Of a DNA stretch of 63,775 nt, positions 13,520 to 26,293 are shown piece after piece. Location: NCBI GenBank assembly GCA_030324005.1, contig JARDVH010000097.1, positions 39,746,380 to 39,810,154 of the forward strand, given 5' to 3'. The stretch comes from Negaprion brevirostris. Taxonomy: Eukaryota. Position 1 is the stretch's first letter. Each line of letters starts with the position of its first letter. The notes below the pieces were generated by a model, which was given only the letters and a program-made list of their open reading frames with translations, was not told where the DNA came from and did not search any database. Made by a program: the position numbers and the translations under genes.

Positions 13520-15104
13520 ATTTTGCAAGCATGTTTATGTATAAGCCTAATTACCTTCCAGCGCCAGTAAAAAAAAACTTGTGTTTTGATAAAGTGTTTT
13601 CTTCACATTTTACCTTTCATATTAAAAACTTGATTTGCTTATGGAATTTGAGTGAATTTTTTATTTTGCAAATATAATATTCTAATACTACGGACCTGCC
13701 TTGCACACCAAATATCCTGTGACAGTAAAGCTGCAATGCAGAAAAGATTAAAAATCAAAGCTTAAAAAAAATAAATTTCAATTGATTGCAATTCACACAA
13801 AAATATATGCTAAAGATTAGATATCACTTGGATAAATAATTATAACACCATATTGATGTAACATAATAAGTACTAACTGGAACACAAAGGGTTCAATTTT
13901 CTATCACCTGCATCAACACAAATTATAGATCCAGCTTATTCCATCAACAATTATAGTGTAGTCATTGAATGACAGACGGTGCGTGTGTTACTTTTTTAGT
14001 CTAAGATTATATTTGTTATTTTTATATTCAGAAACTGGTACATTACTGTTTATAAAACAGCACTCGTGCAGAGTATAAATTGGGTTTTCCTTTAAAATTA
14101 ACAATAAATACAAGGATATTTGTGATAGGTACCAACCAAAAAGAAGTCATTCAGCCGTTAGATATTTTCTAAAAGCAATATTGTCAGCTGATCTTGTTTA
14201 ATTTCCACAATTAGGCTGTTTCTTTTCTCTCCTGTTCAAATACTTTCTAGTGAAGTGGGATTGATTTGACAGTGCGTATGTCATGGTTTATCATTGAAGG
14301 CCAACATTCCATGATTTCTGATTGGGATTTGGACAAATAAACATTTTCAGTAACGTCACAGTTGTTAACCTGATCTTTGGTGGATCACCAGTGTCATCGT
14401 TTAGATAGAACATACATTATCAGTCCCAAGGCCCTTGCAAGATGTGTTTGGCAGGTTGTTCAGTTCCAGCACTGGATTTCGACCTTCATACAATAAACTC
14501 CAAGGCCAAGATGGGTGTCCCTAGTACTGAAATTGTTTTTGGTCAGGAAAAGCAAGACCATTTTTTACTCTAAATGAATGACAAGCCTGTGAGCCATAAA
14601 GTGAACTTGTGTCAGCAAAATGTCTACTTAATCTGAACCACAGCTATCAAGTTCATCTCAAACGTAAATTTTTTATGTAACAGAAAATTGAAGATGTGAA
14701 CTAGATCTTTGACCTTTTAGTTTACAACTTTCCACAAGCCAGGACAAGAATCTACTTACATGTGCCTATTTTATTAAAAAAATCTGCGTAAACCTCTAAC
14801 TTGAAGTGAAATAGCTGCATCATTTTATGACCAGTTTGAATACAATATGTACTGAGAATTTATTTCAGGAAAGCATTAAGTTATGTTGTTCACTCTATTT
14901 GAGAGAGAGTAATGTATTTGTTCCTAACTAAACTTAATGGTGTCAATCAGGATGCAATTGTCATGGAAAGACTAAAAGAACCTGGTCTCTCCATGCCAAC
15001 ACTATTGTTAAGAAAACCTGCCAACACCTCTACTTTCTTGGCTAAGAAAATTCAGCATGTCCATTACAACTCTTACCAATTTTTAACAGGTGCACAATAA
15101 AAAG

Positions 15105-15580
15105 CAAGCTTTCCGGATGCATCACAGCTTGGTATGGCTCCTGCTCTAACCAAGACCACAGAAATTACAAAGGGTTGTAAATGTAGCCCAGTCCTTCATA
15201 CAAACCAGCCTCCCATCCATTGATTCTGTCTACACTTCTCACTATCTCAGAAAAGCAGCCAGCATAATCAAGGACTCTATGCACCCCGGACATTTTCTCT
15301 TCCACCTTCGTCCGTCAGGAAAAAGATACAAAAGTCTGAGATCATGTACCAACCAACTCAAAAACAGCTTCTTACCTGTTGCCATCAGACTTTTGAATGG
15401 ACCTACCATGTATTAAGATGATCTTTTAATACTATATTCTGTATCATCTTCTTTCCTTCTCTTTTATGTACTCTATGAATAGTATGCTTTGTCTGTATAG
15501 CGCAAGAAACAATACTTTTCACTGTATACCAATATATGTGACAATAATAAACCAAAATCAAACCAAAGCAAATCAAAATC
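15105..15580 (+). mobile_element. Rex1/Babar LINE 3' end
   Basis: SGCITAWYGSCS..DH..LQRVVNVAQS..., then 3'UTR ending ttttcactgta...gtgacaataataaa(ccaaa/tcaaa)n. Confidence 0.85.
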
Positions 15581-16090
15581 TCATCCCGTTTTTCTGCACC
15601 TGGCCCGTAGCCTTGTATTTTACAGCAATTAAAGTGCAGATCCAGGTACTTTTTAAAAGAATTTAGGGTCTTGCCTCCACCCAATCCAAGCATTGAATTC
15701 CAAACACCCACCGCCATGTGCATAGCATAGTTTTTCCTCATCTCCCCTCTACACCTTCTTGTCAGGGAGACAAAGAGAGAGAGAGAGAGAGAAATGAAAT
15801 GTCCTTCCTGTAATATGGTGACCAGAACTGTACACGATACTCCAACTGTGGCCTCACCAGTGCTTTACAGAATTCCAACATTATATTCCAACTTTTATAT
15901 TCTGTTCTTCTGCCAGTGAAAGAGAGCATTTCCTATGCCTTCTTTACAACCTTGCCTACTTGACCTGCTGCTTTTAGGGACCTGTGTACTTGTACATCAA
16001 GATCTCCCACTTCATCGACCCCTCTTAGTATACTCCCATCTATTGTGTATTCACCATTACTGTTTGATGTTAAAATCCATCTGCCACATC
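15581..16090 (-). mobile_element. CR1 LINE fragments
   Basis: Minus ORF VGVWNS...SFKKYLDLH...QGYGP; gtgaccagaactgtacacgatactcc. Confidence 0.75.
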
Positions 16091-16471
16091 AGAACAAACA
16101 ACCTTCTGACTCAGAAGCAAGAATATGTCCCACTAAAGCCACAAATGGCTCTTTGTTGCACTTGCATTCATAACAAAGCTATTCAATCTGGGGATTAAGT
16201 TTATAGCAAAATATTGAGATGTAAACCTGTTGACAGCAATGAGATTTTACAGAATTATAGAATGAATGACGACAGCACAGAAAGAGGCCATTCACCTTTT
16301 GATTAGTCACTTTATAACCTTCTGGATGCAAGATTGAGTTCAACGACATCAGATTGTGAACTCTCTCCTCCATCTTAGAGTCATAAAAGCTTACAGCATG
16401 GAAACAGGCCCTTCAGCCCAACTTGTCCATGCTGTCCATGTTTTTTAACCACAAAATTAGTCCCAATTCGT

Positions 16472-17040
16472 CCCAAGGCATTGGTGAGGCTGGATTTAGA
16501 TTATTGTGCACAGTTTTTGTCACCTAATTGCAGGAAGGATATTAATAAGGTTGAAAGAGTACAGAGAAGGTTTACAAGGATGTTGCTGGGACTTAAACTG
16601 AGTTACAGAGAGAGATTGAATAGGTTGGGGCTTTATTCCCTGGAGCGTAGAAGAATGAGGGGAGATTTGATAGAGGTGTATAAGATTTTGATGGGTATCG
16701 ATAGAATGAATGCAAGCTGACTTTTTCCACTGAGGCTAGGGGAGAAAAAACTAGAGGACATGGGTTAAGGGTGAAGGGGGAAAAGTTTAAAGGGAATATT
16801 GGGAGGAGGGCTTTTTCACACAGAGAGTGGTGGGAGTGTGGAATGAGCTGCCGGATAAAGTGGTAAATGCAGGCTCACTTTTAACATTTAAGAAAAACTT
16901 GGACGGGTTCATGGATGAGAGGGGTGTGGAGGGATATGGTCCAGGTGCAGGTCAGTGGGACTAAGCAAAAAATGGTTTGGCACAGACAAGAAGGGCCAAA
17001 AGGCCTGCTTCTGAGCTGTAATTTTGTAGGGTTCTATGGT
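16472..17040 (+). mobile_element. CR1 LINE 3' end (ORF2 C-terminus and 3'UTR)
   Basis: LVRLDLDYCAQFLSP...ERVQRRFTRML...LYSLERRRMRGDLIEVYKI. Confidence 0.92.
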
Positions 17041-17819
17041 ACCAGGCATTTGCTTTGTTATAAACAATGTCATGAAGTCCTCGTGTCTCCTAGTTGGTCA
17101 TGTTACTAGGCTGGTGCAGTCTCCAGAACTGAATGTAGGCCCACAAATTGACATGTTTCTATAAACTTTTAAATGGACAATTAAATATCTTTAAGCAGTA
17201 CATCAAGCACAAAAGTGAATGAGCTCAAAGGATTCATAACCAACTGTATACACCCCAACATGCTTTCTTTGCTAACTTTTTTATCCCAAAAACAATTCTG
17301 GACTGTAACAACCTATTGCAAACCTTAATCTCCTGGAAGTCTAAGGACTCATTGAAGGAAAATTTGTTTGAACTTTTTAATTAATGTGCAATCATCAACT
17401 GCACCATGTAAACTCCCTAGTGGAAGAGTATGGAAGGAAATCTTATCAATTTCCATGCCAAGTACCGTGTTTTAAAGGTGATGTGACTCAGGGGCATGCT
17501 GGAAGTAATTGCTGAGGCAGTATGCTACCCCTGGCGTGAGTTAGGCTTCAACAGCACTCCTGATCTGAATTTTGTGCCCACATTGTTTCTGAATTCTTAC
17601 ATAATGAAGCTAAATATACTTGGATATTCTTACTAATGAAAGCTACTTTTGAAAAGAAAAACACAACTAATTTAATTTTTTTTTGTTTCAGTTAGTCTGA
17701 ATTCTCTTTATTTAGTTGGTTGGCATCTTTTGTAATTTTGTAAAATTGTGATGGATTTCTCTTACTTTTTTCCTCCAAACAGTTTCATCATAATTTAAAA
17801 ACAAAATTACAAGACATCG

Positions 17820-18260
17820 AGTCCAGAATTCTCCCAAAAAGAGAATCAAAAGTATTGAATTTGCAGGAAAACAGGATTAATTCACACTGCTTTTTCAGTG
17901 GGAGTTCACACTAGAATCTCCCACACTCTGTGCACTGCAGAAGCCACCAGCATAAATATTATTAAATTTCAGGGGGTGGGGCCTATTCCCACTGGAGAGG
18001 CTGAAACCAGTGGGCCCCTGTGCATGTTCAGTAGCCCTGAATTGTCAGCCTCCCGTTTGCTGGCCAGCTCGATTNNNNNNNNNNCGGCCAGATCGTGGGC
18101 CCCCCAACCATTCCCAGGCCAGCCTCGATCTTCCCCACCCCTTCCATCCTGGATGTCTCAGACTCCAGCCCTAGCCCCGCAGTGTCAATCCCCCACTGCC
18201 TGCAGTATATCCATGTAGTGCAGACACTCCTGCAGCAGCAGCACCCTCCCCCACCCCCGC
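17820..18260 (+). mobile_element. Non-autonomous TIR element, family shared with 20294, 34770 and 36285
   Basis: aattctcccaaaaa...aatctcccacactctgtgcactgcaga...gggcctattccc recurs in the other copies. Confidence 0.6.
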
Positions 18261-18519
18261 TTTGATTTTTAAATCAAAGTTTACAATTAGTAACAGCACC
18301 ACAGAGATGCAGTGATGGAACTTCGGACAGTGAGAGGTTCACATCACAAAGGAGACTGTTCTTTCTCTTCCATTTAAACAATAGCCAAAGATTTCGTAAA
18401 ATCTACTTTACTGATGTCAGTCAGATTACTTTGTTCTTAAGAAAACATTTCCTGCTTTGTTTTTCTTATTATTAATCACAATGAGTTGCTGAATTGCAAT
18501 AAATCCAGTAAGCTTCTAT

Positions 18520-18811
18520 GATCTAATTGTGAAGTAATCTAATTGTAAAGTAATCTAAATGTGGAGTAATCTAACTGGGAAATAAACTAACTGTCGAGTA
18601 ATCCAACTGGGGAATAATCTAATTTTGTAGTAATCCAATTAGGGAGTGAACTAAATGTGGAATAATTCAACTAGGGACTAATCCATTTGAAAAGCAATCC
18701 AGTGACAAAGTAATCCAATTGGAGAGTAATCTGTCTGTGGAGTCATCCAACTAGGGGGGTAATCCAACTGTAGAATATTCCATTTGGGAAAACATCCATT
18801 ATTGGAATAAT
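18520..18811 (+). repeat. Degenerate 16-bp tandem repeat (about 18 units, consensus near ATCYAAYTGTGGAGTA)
   Basis: atctaattgtgaagta atctaattgtaaagta atctaaatgtggagta atctaactgggaaata ... Confidence 0.85.
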
Positions 18812-19171
18812 GAAGGTTAACTGAACTAAAAGTGTGTTAGTCAGGAGTAAAAGTTGGGAACAAAAATAAACTGTCAGGTCATAAAGTTATAAAGGCAATT
18901 CTTTATTAATTTATCACTGGGTTGCCATATTTGCGCTGTCACTAATCTGTGGTAGATTTATTTGCTTTCACTTTGCTGATGATTTTCTTGTCTACATTTG
19001 AAATCAATGCCATGTGCTACTGACATCTTTATTGCTTGACAGGTTTTTAAAATTGCAGTTTAATTCATTATTGAGAAGCTTTATTCTAAATGATAGAGTT
19101 AAATTATTAATGCAATTCAAAGATTGTAGTTTAAATGTGTACAATTGAAGGGTACTTAACAGAGAGCTTGT

Positions 19172-19384
19172 CATGATGTGGAAATGCCGGCGTTGGACTG
19201 GGGTGGGCACAGTAAGAAGTCTCACAATACCAGGTTAAAATCCAAAAAGTTTATTTGATAGCACAAGCTTTCTGAGCACTGCTCCTTCATCTATTCCTCC
19301 ACTCACCTGATGAAGGAGCAGTACTATGAGAGCTTGTGATTCCCAGTAAATCTGTTGGACTTTAACCTAGTGTTGTGAGACTTT
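19172..19384. mobile_element. Penelope-like element terminal repeat in inverted (palindromic) arrangement
   Basis: aagtctcacaataccaggttaaaatccaa...gctccttcat mirrored by atgaaggagc...ttggactttaacctagtgttgtgagactt; CTGATGA core at 19307. Confidence 0.75.
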
Positions 19385-19632
19385 TTAGAGAGTTCGTTAA
19401 ATTTGTGAAGTTTATAATTATGAATTATGTTTTCATTTTGCATCTTAAAATTGAAGATAAATGAAAGGAGTCATGTGATGGATTCTAGGTGTTTTGATTC
19501 TTCGAGACCAAAGAAGGATTAGAATGTTTTAAAGGGAAAGAGGTGCAAGTTTTGTGCTTGGAGTCAATGGCAACAATATTTGGGTTCAGAATGGCTAGAA
19601 TCTGAATCTCCCAAAGTCCCAGAAAGGTTTAA

Positions 19633-19925
19633 ATTTATTTATTGTCCCAAGTAGGCTTACATTAACACTGCAATGAAGTTACTGTGAAAATCCCCTCGTC
19701 GCCACACTCTGGCACCCGTTCGGGTACACTGAGAGAGAATTTAACATGGCTAATGCACCTAACCAGCATGTATTTTGGACTATGGGAAGAAACCAGAGCA
19801 CCCGGAGGAAACCTATGCAGGCACAGGGAGAATGTGCAGACTCCACATAGATAGTGACCAAAGCCGGGAATTAATTTCAGGTCCTTGGCACTGTGAGGCA
19901 ATACTGCTAACCACTATGCCATCAC
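19633..19925 (-). mobile_element. V-SINE subfamily B
   Basis: Reverse-complement head plus B-type tail. Confidence 0.88.
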
Positions 19926-20293
19926 ATTGACCTGGTGTTGAAAAGTGTTGAAGGTATCAACTTGAAAAGAGTTGTGCAGTAATTTGTCCATTTACTTCTA
20001 AGTTGGGGTTAAGAAAAATTAATCAGCATTGCTACAGAATGCATGGTTAATTGGCTTCACGTTGCCATGAGGAAGCGGACAAAGGAAACCAGTTCTGAGG
20101 TCAGTTTACAGTCTTCCCAACAATTCACTGAATACCACAGACAGACAGCAGTTCCGTATGACCAACAGAGGGAAATGGCTTCTTTGCTTTGCAGGGCACC
20201 ATTGTGGGAGTGGGAGTCTTTCATCAGAGATGCAACCTGCAGCCTTTAAGGATTCTGGGAGATTTGTCCTGATAGGGCCAGGAGAAAGAAACA

Positions 20294-20572
20294 GGGGGTG
20301 ATTCTCCTATCGCTGTGCTGATCATATAGTACAGCAGGCAGAGAATTTCAAACAACACCTGATTCATGTGATTTGCCCACTCAGAGCTATGCTGCCAGCC
20401 TCTTCCATGGCAATAGGCAATGCCCGCAGCTTTTCAGCGGGATTTACACTTGTGCACTCTGCAGTGCAGAGTGTACAAGATTCTTTTTTAAACTCCCATG
20501 GAAAAAAAATGGGAAGAACTTCAGTTTTCACACAAATTTGACACTGAGAATTTTTTTGGGAGAATCACCCCC
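20294..20572. mobile_element. MITE with perfect 14-bp TIRs and 3-bp TSD (Harbinger-like)
   Basis: aca|GGGGGTGATTCTCC ... GGAGAATCACCCCC|aca. Confidence 0.85.
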
Positions 20573-21930
20573 ACAGTCTGAATACTGAGCCTGGAGACAG
20601 TCAGTTGAAGTTACCTCTTGGAGATAAGGGATCCTAATGGAAGTTGTGGACTAATTGTTATTGGAAATGTAATTCCACGGAGTGCAATGCGTTATAAGAA
20701 TTAAAGGTGAATGTTCTTTTCTGTAGTTTAAAATATAAGTTCGCTACAAAAAGAAAATAGTGTTTAGTCGATAGTGGTTTTTGGTCATTTGTTAGAGTAA
20801 ATAAATTAAAATTTGAAACCTAATGATGTAATTCTTTCAGCTAGTAGCTGGAAGGTCAAATTTCTTTTTAAAAGTTATTGTTGTCTACAGGGAATGTAAC
20901 AAGCTGATAATCCTTTCCTAATGAGATGTTTATTCACAAATGGATATGAAGCCAAAATTGCTAAAAGACTTGGTGAACTTGTCAGTGACATTATCAAATA
21001 GAACAAATGCAATGGAAGAATTAATAAAATATTTTTCTGCGCGAATTATGAAGTTTTGACATGCTGATAACATACAGAGGTAAAACATTATCGTTCATTG
21101 CTTTCATATTATCCCATTCTCAGTTCACTCTGCTACTTCCTTTCATTCTTCAAGTGATATGCCAACAGTGGGAAAACACTCAATGGTTGCCAGTTGCCCT
21201 GCAGTCACTTGCTTCTAAGCTGAATGACAAGTGAGGGAAAAAAAACAAAGAAATTATTCTGGAGGTTCTAAAGAGAATCTTAAACAGGAGGTGCCGTGGA
21301 GATTTCAGGAGAAAGAAGAATAAAGAAAACTAGAATGGGAACATTTGGATCAAACGGTGAATGAGACATGCACTAATGGGATAAGAACTAACTCATCCAA
21401 GGGCAATGAATCAACTGGAAACAGAACTGCAGAATCTGCGGGGTGCAAAACTGGACAAAAATCAAATTTAGCTGCAATATAATAGTAAAGAATAACTTAA
21501 ACAAAGGCACCATGAGCAAAAATGTAATGCCCGTATTACCTTCAGAGCCATTAGCAGTGTCAGTGTGAAAGCTTAAGCACCACTCTGTGCTCAATTCACT
21601 GGCATAGGAATTTACTGGCATTAAGCACCCAGAACTGAATACTAGGCTTTGCAATGCAGATATGGCCAGCTCCCCATAAAATGCCTAGCATACTTCAGAA
21701 ACAAATCATTCGCCCTGCATTTGCTGCAAACAGATCCTGAGAGACAGAGAACTACAAGTAAAAATTATTTTCCTTTTTTTGATTACTTCTAAACTTTCAC
21801 TAAGACCACTCAGTTTACTGATGTCCAGAAGAACAAAAACTGAAACTGGGGCAATAAGAATACTGGTCAGGACTGTCCTTATATTCTTTAAAACAGAACA
21901 CCAGTAAAAATTGGAAAATAACAATACTGG

Positions 21931-22469
21931 TAAAATAACTCCCCAGAGATCAATGTCCCTTCACCAGATTCCCTTTATTTACAAACGTATTTCCACTCCT
22001 AAGAGTGTTTCACACACAAAGTCAAAATCCAGAGTGTCAGTAGCCCTGACACTCCTCATACATATACACTGGATATTGGGTTAAAGCGGGTGTTATTTTT
22101 ATAATTTATTATTGTGAGATTGTATTCTGGTTTGTAATTTGAAAGTATAATATATTTTGTACTTGTGAATTGTTTAAATAAAAAGAGTAGTTGAGTAGGT
22201 GAAAGTGCCAAAAAAAAAGTCAGAAGGACAGTGAAGGAATGCTGCACTGTCATCAGTGGCACCTTTTATATGTGATGTTGAAACAAAGTTCCATCTGCCT
22301 TCCATCAGGTGAACACTAAGGACCTCATGAAGAAGGGCAGAGTTCTCCTCAATGTCCTGTGTACATGTTCACTATGTGAAACTACCTGATTAGACAGGCA
22401 ATTATTATCTCAATCAAGGAGCTCATACTCCAAGAGGCCAGCCTTATTGCCCTCATTGAGGTCATTACA
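21931..22469 (-). mobile_element. Solo LTR (Gypsy-type) with 5-bp TSD, interrupted by a 287-bp local duplicate
   Basis: Minus strand starts TGTAATGACC, contains AATAAA, ends gagttatttta; flanked by actgg at 21926-21930 and 22470-22474. Confidence 0.75.
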
Positions 22470-23097
22470 ACTGGTTAAAACCTTTTTTCCTATCGGGTGG
22501 TTGACTTCGTTTTGCCTCAAATGTTCAATCTTGATCTCATACCTTCTTTATATCAATCACTGCTTGATGGCTCTCTTGTCTCCAAGTTAGAAGGTCAGTA
22601 ACTTACAATGAATCCCATTCTTATAGGAAGGGAATTGTTTGTTATTGGTTAAAGGACAGTGTGTTAGCTGTCAGTACTGTGTTTATATAATAACTTGCTG
22701 GTTTACAGTCGTCGTGAATCATGTGAAACCTTGGAAGGCCAGTTGTGGATAATTCGCAATGCACACTAGCTGTTTGTTATTGCACAATATTGGTTTGTGC
22801 TATTAAAAATTGCATGATATTGTTGATATTGGGTTATAGTGGGTGTTTTTTTATAATTTATTATTGTGAGATTGTATTCTAGTTTGTAATTTGAAAGTAT
22901 AATGTATTTTGTACTTGTAAATTGTTTAAACAAAAAGAGTAGTTTAGTAGGTGAAAGTGCCAAAAAAAATGTCAGGAGGACAGTGAAGGAATGCTGCACT
23001 GTCATCAGTGTATGTGATGTTGAAACAAAGTTTCATCTGCCTCTCAGGTGAACATCAAGGACCTCATGAAGGGCAGAGGAGTTCTCCTCAGTGTCCT
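22072..23097 (+). repeat. Direct repeat pair 22072-22358 / 22825-23097
   Basis: Highly similar copies, e.g. ataatttattattgtgagattgtattct...gacagtgaaggaatgctgcactgtcatcagtg...agttctcctca.tgtcct. Confidence 0.92.
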
Positions 23098-23232
23098 AGC
23101 CATTAGACAGCCTTCAATTTAGATTACTGAAGCAAAATATCTGGTCATTGTCACACTCATGTCTGTGGGGGTTTGCTGTGTATAAGTTGGCTGCTGCATG
23201 TCCTACATTACAATAGTGACTACACTTCAATA
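22980..23232 (+). mobile_element. Deu-SINE (SacSINE1-like) 3' part
   Basis: gctgcactgtc...ctctcaggtgaac...atctggtcattgtcaca...cctacattacaatagtgactacacttcaa. Confidence 0.75.
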
Positions 23233-23370
23233 AAAATTGAGATTAGCTGTTAATTTATCTGAGATACCCTGTGATTGTGAAAGGCAAGGAAAGGCTTTTT
23301 TTAAAATAATTTTTCCCAACTTCAGCCATTCCAAAAAATAAGTCATGGAGGAATGAATACTGGAAATTCT

Positions 23371-23570
23371 GGCTGGAATTTCCTGGCTCTTCCCGCTGGT
23401 GGCATCTTCCAGCCCCACCAGCGCTGCAGGCTTCACAACAGCGAGGGTGCATTCAATGGGAGATACCATTGACGATAGAGGGGCCAGAAGATCCCATCAC
23501 TGGCCAATGGTAGGCCACCTCCTACTGCCATAAAACACATGGCAGCTGTCTGTGTGGTAAATTCAGCTAT
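23371..23570. mobile_element. MITE (family of 2747)
   Basis: ggctggaatttcc ... ggtaaattcagct; internal caatgggagataccattg. Confidence 0.55.
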
Positions 23571-24579
23571 CTGTCTTTGCAACCTCAGCCATTTCTCCGT
23601 GTTCCATGCACAGCATGTTGGAAAAAAGCCCAAGATGTTCAAGGTCGCCTCAGTTCATTTGGGAACAGGTGCATGCATCACTTGATATCACACTATTGCC
23701 ACACTATTGCCCTAGGGCTACGCTTACAGACTGATAAAATCTAGAAGATGGTGCCAGTGTAAAGGATTACTCTTGCAGTTTTCCTTATAACTCACAGCCT
23801 TGGGTCGATATATTACAGTGACAACTATGTACTTGACACTTCCCATTGCAGGGAAAGCAGCAGAATTGCCTTTGGTTTTTCTTCGCTGGAACGAATACAA
23901 CTCCCTGGAATTTCAGAGAAATTTCTATTGGAAAAAGGAGAACATTTGAGACCAAGAGATTTCTCAGAAGTCAACTTGGGGTAGATCAAGACTTGGACTA
24001 TTAAGTGATCAGAGAAAACAATGATGTGATCCGTGAAATAATGATTACTTTCATCAACACCACATTACTGGTCAGACTGACAAATTATCTTCCGCTGAGG
24101 GCCTCCCATTTTTTCATGTCAATGAAGTGTGTTGCTGGGAAATGTAGCAAGGTGCATGCCATTTTTTAGTCGCTAAATGGCTGGATCTGAGAAACTTTCT
24201 TCTCTGTTCAACAGTAAATGAAAATAACCAAAATAATTTTCAAATACTTGACACTTCTCTGGAGGCATCGTTTATGATTTCAATCTCCAATCCTGGATGA
24301 CTTTTACAATTTTTGAGAAGTGCATCTAATTTTTGGACAGAAAACCTGAGCTTGGGGTATAAATTGCGCAAATCATTGAAGATAACCACATTGGCAAGAG
24401 GCAATGGCTTTCTCATTTTTCCAGTGTGAGGAAACATCAGTTAGATAAATAACACACATTTCACTGGATGAGAGGGTTATCTTAAGTGCAATAAATCACA
24501 AATGAAGCCAGATGAACATTGTTCAAAAGAACCCTGTGTCCTTTATGATAAGAAAGGTATTTCACAAAGATTTTATAAT

Positions 24580-24862
24580 ACAGAATCCCTACACTGCAGA
24601 CCACCTGGCCCATCGCGTCTGCACTAACTGCCTGAAAGAGTATCCCACCCAAGCCCTCTCCTCTGCCCTATCCCATAACCCATTTACCATGGCGAATCCA
24701 CCTAACCTGCACATCTTTGGACTGTGAGAGCAGTTGGAGCACGCAGAGAAAGCGTACGCAGACATGGGGAGACTTCAAACTCCACACAGTCACCCAAGGC
24801 CAGAATTGAACCCTGGGAAACTGGTGCTGTGAGGCAGTAGTGCTAATTACTCTGCCACCCCC
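24580..24862 (-). mobile_element. HE1-like V-SINE
   Basis: Reverse-complement head and tail. Confidence 0.85.
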
Positions 24863-25944
24863 CCTCTACTTGATCTAGTAACAGCAGTCTAAGGTGGGCA
24901 CATCCTAATAGGTGGGGCAGATCTGGTGGATGACCAGGGAGAACCAGGCACACTCCTGCAGAAACATCTGTTGACCTCACTGAGAGTCTCGCTAACCGCA
25001 GTGCAGGAGCTCAGGTTGAAAGCCTGAACACCGATTATGGTCCCACATCTGCCACCCTGATCTACAAGAAAGTTCTGGCACAGCGTAGTGCAGTAGAACA
25101 GTAGTTGTATACACGGCTTTAAATGGGACATCCCGGGGTTTGCTGAGCTTACAAATAATGAGTGCCATGAGTGACAGGCCTCCAGAAATGTGTGGTAGAG
25201 ATGAACCACTTGAGAATAGATACATCTTTCTCACTTGCAGATAGATGCTGGAGAGATGGGTGATTAAATGACAAGGGCATTGACAGTTCACCATACAGCT
25301 GGCACACTCACTTCTATTGAAGGCTGGTGTAAAGCCCAAACAGGGTGATTCCATTCTGCAGGGGAAGTTTCCGCATGTAGGTTGGTTAAAATATGCTGAG
25401 GTTTATATTAAGAAACTTAAGCACCTTTCCCCAGCCTAATTCTACATCAGGTGAATGAGGCTGGATAAACTTTAGGCTACCTAACTAAAGCTGTTCTTTT
25501 TGCCAGATTGGTAAATTGTGACCATTATCTCAGTTTTCTAAAGACCAAACACAATTGTTCACTCATAATGCTGTGTCAATGCCAGATAACTCAACATGCT
25601 ATTAAATTATATAGAGCTTATAGGAAAGAAAAAGACCATTCGATCTAATTGATATTGCCAATGTCTATTATTCACACTGCCCCCTGCACCCTACACATGG
25701 CTCTTCAGCTCACCCTATCAAAATATCCCTTTGATTACTTTTCCCTCATGTATTTAACCAGCTGTTTGTTTGATGTACCTGTGTGATTTGCCTCAGCTTC
25801 TCCTTCCATATTCTAACCATTCAACGGGTAGAGATAATTGTCCTGGAACCTTGACTGAATTACTAGTGTCTATCTGATATTTATAACCATTGATTTTTGG
25901 AATCCCTCACAATGGAAACATCTTGATATCTACCCTCTTAATCA

Positions 25945-26293
25945 AAGAATGATAGAATCATAGAATCCCTACAGCGCAGAATGAGGCCCATCAAGTCTGC
26001 ACCAACTCTCTGACAGAGTATCTTACCCAGGCACTATCCCTGTAACCCCACACATTTACCCTGCTAATCCCTTAACCTATGCATCTTGGGACACTAAGAG
26101 ATAATTTAACATGGTAAATCAACATAACCCACATACCTTTGGACTGTGGGAGGAAATCAGAGCATCCAGAGGAAACCCACATAGACACGGGGAGAATGTG
26201 TAAACTCCTCATGGACAATCACCCAGGCTGGAATCAAACTCGGGTCCCCAGTGCTATGAAACAGCAAAGCTAAGTGTGACACCATGCCACCCC
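25945..26293 (-). mobile_element. HE1-like V-SINE inserted in an old minus-strand CR1 3' end (about 25610-26370)
   Basis: agaatcatagaatccctacag tail through caccatgccaccc head. Confidence 0.88.

Larger units (their letters stand above)
19386..20901 (+). mobile_element. Probable long LTR-like element with a nested SINE and MITE
   Basis: AATAAA near 20800 and terminal ...tgtaaca; 5' end not resolved. Confidence 0.35.

Noticed and set aside
16376-16471. Inverted CR1 piece abutting a plus-strand CR1, considered as a twin-priming inversion
   Set aside because: The inverted piece is itself a 3' tail of a different copy, not an inverted 5' segment
18520-18811. Regular repeat considered as CRISPR-like
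   Set aside because: Contiguous degenerate 16-mers with no unique spacers, vertebrate context, no cas genes
24240-24437. Protein-like minus ORF (NDLRNLYPKLRFSVQKLDALL...) and a plus-strand acceptor at about 24214
   Set aside because: No recognisable homology or partner exons; the plus-strand reading hits stops quickly
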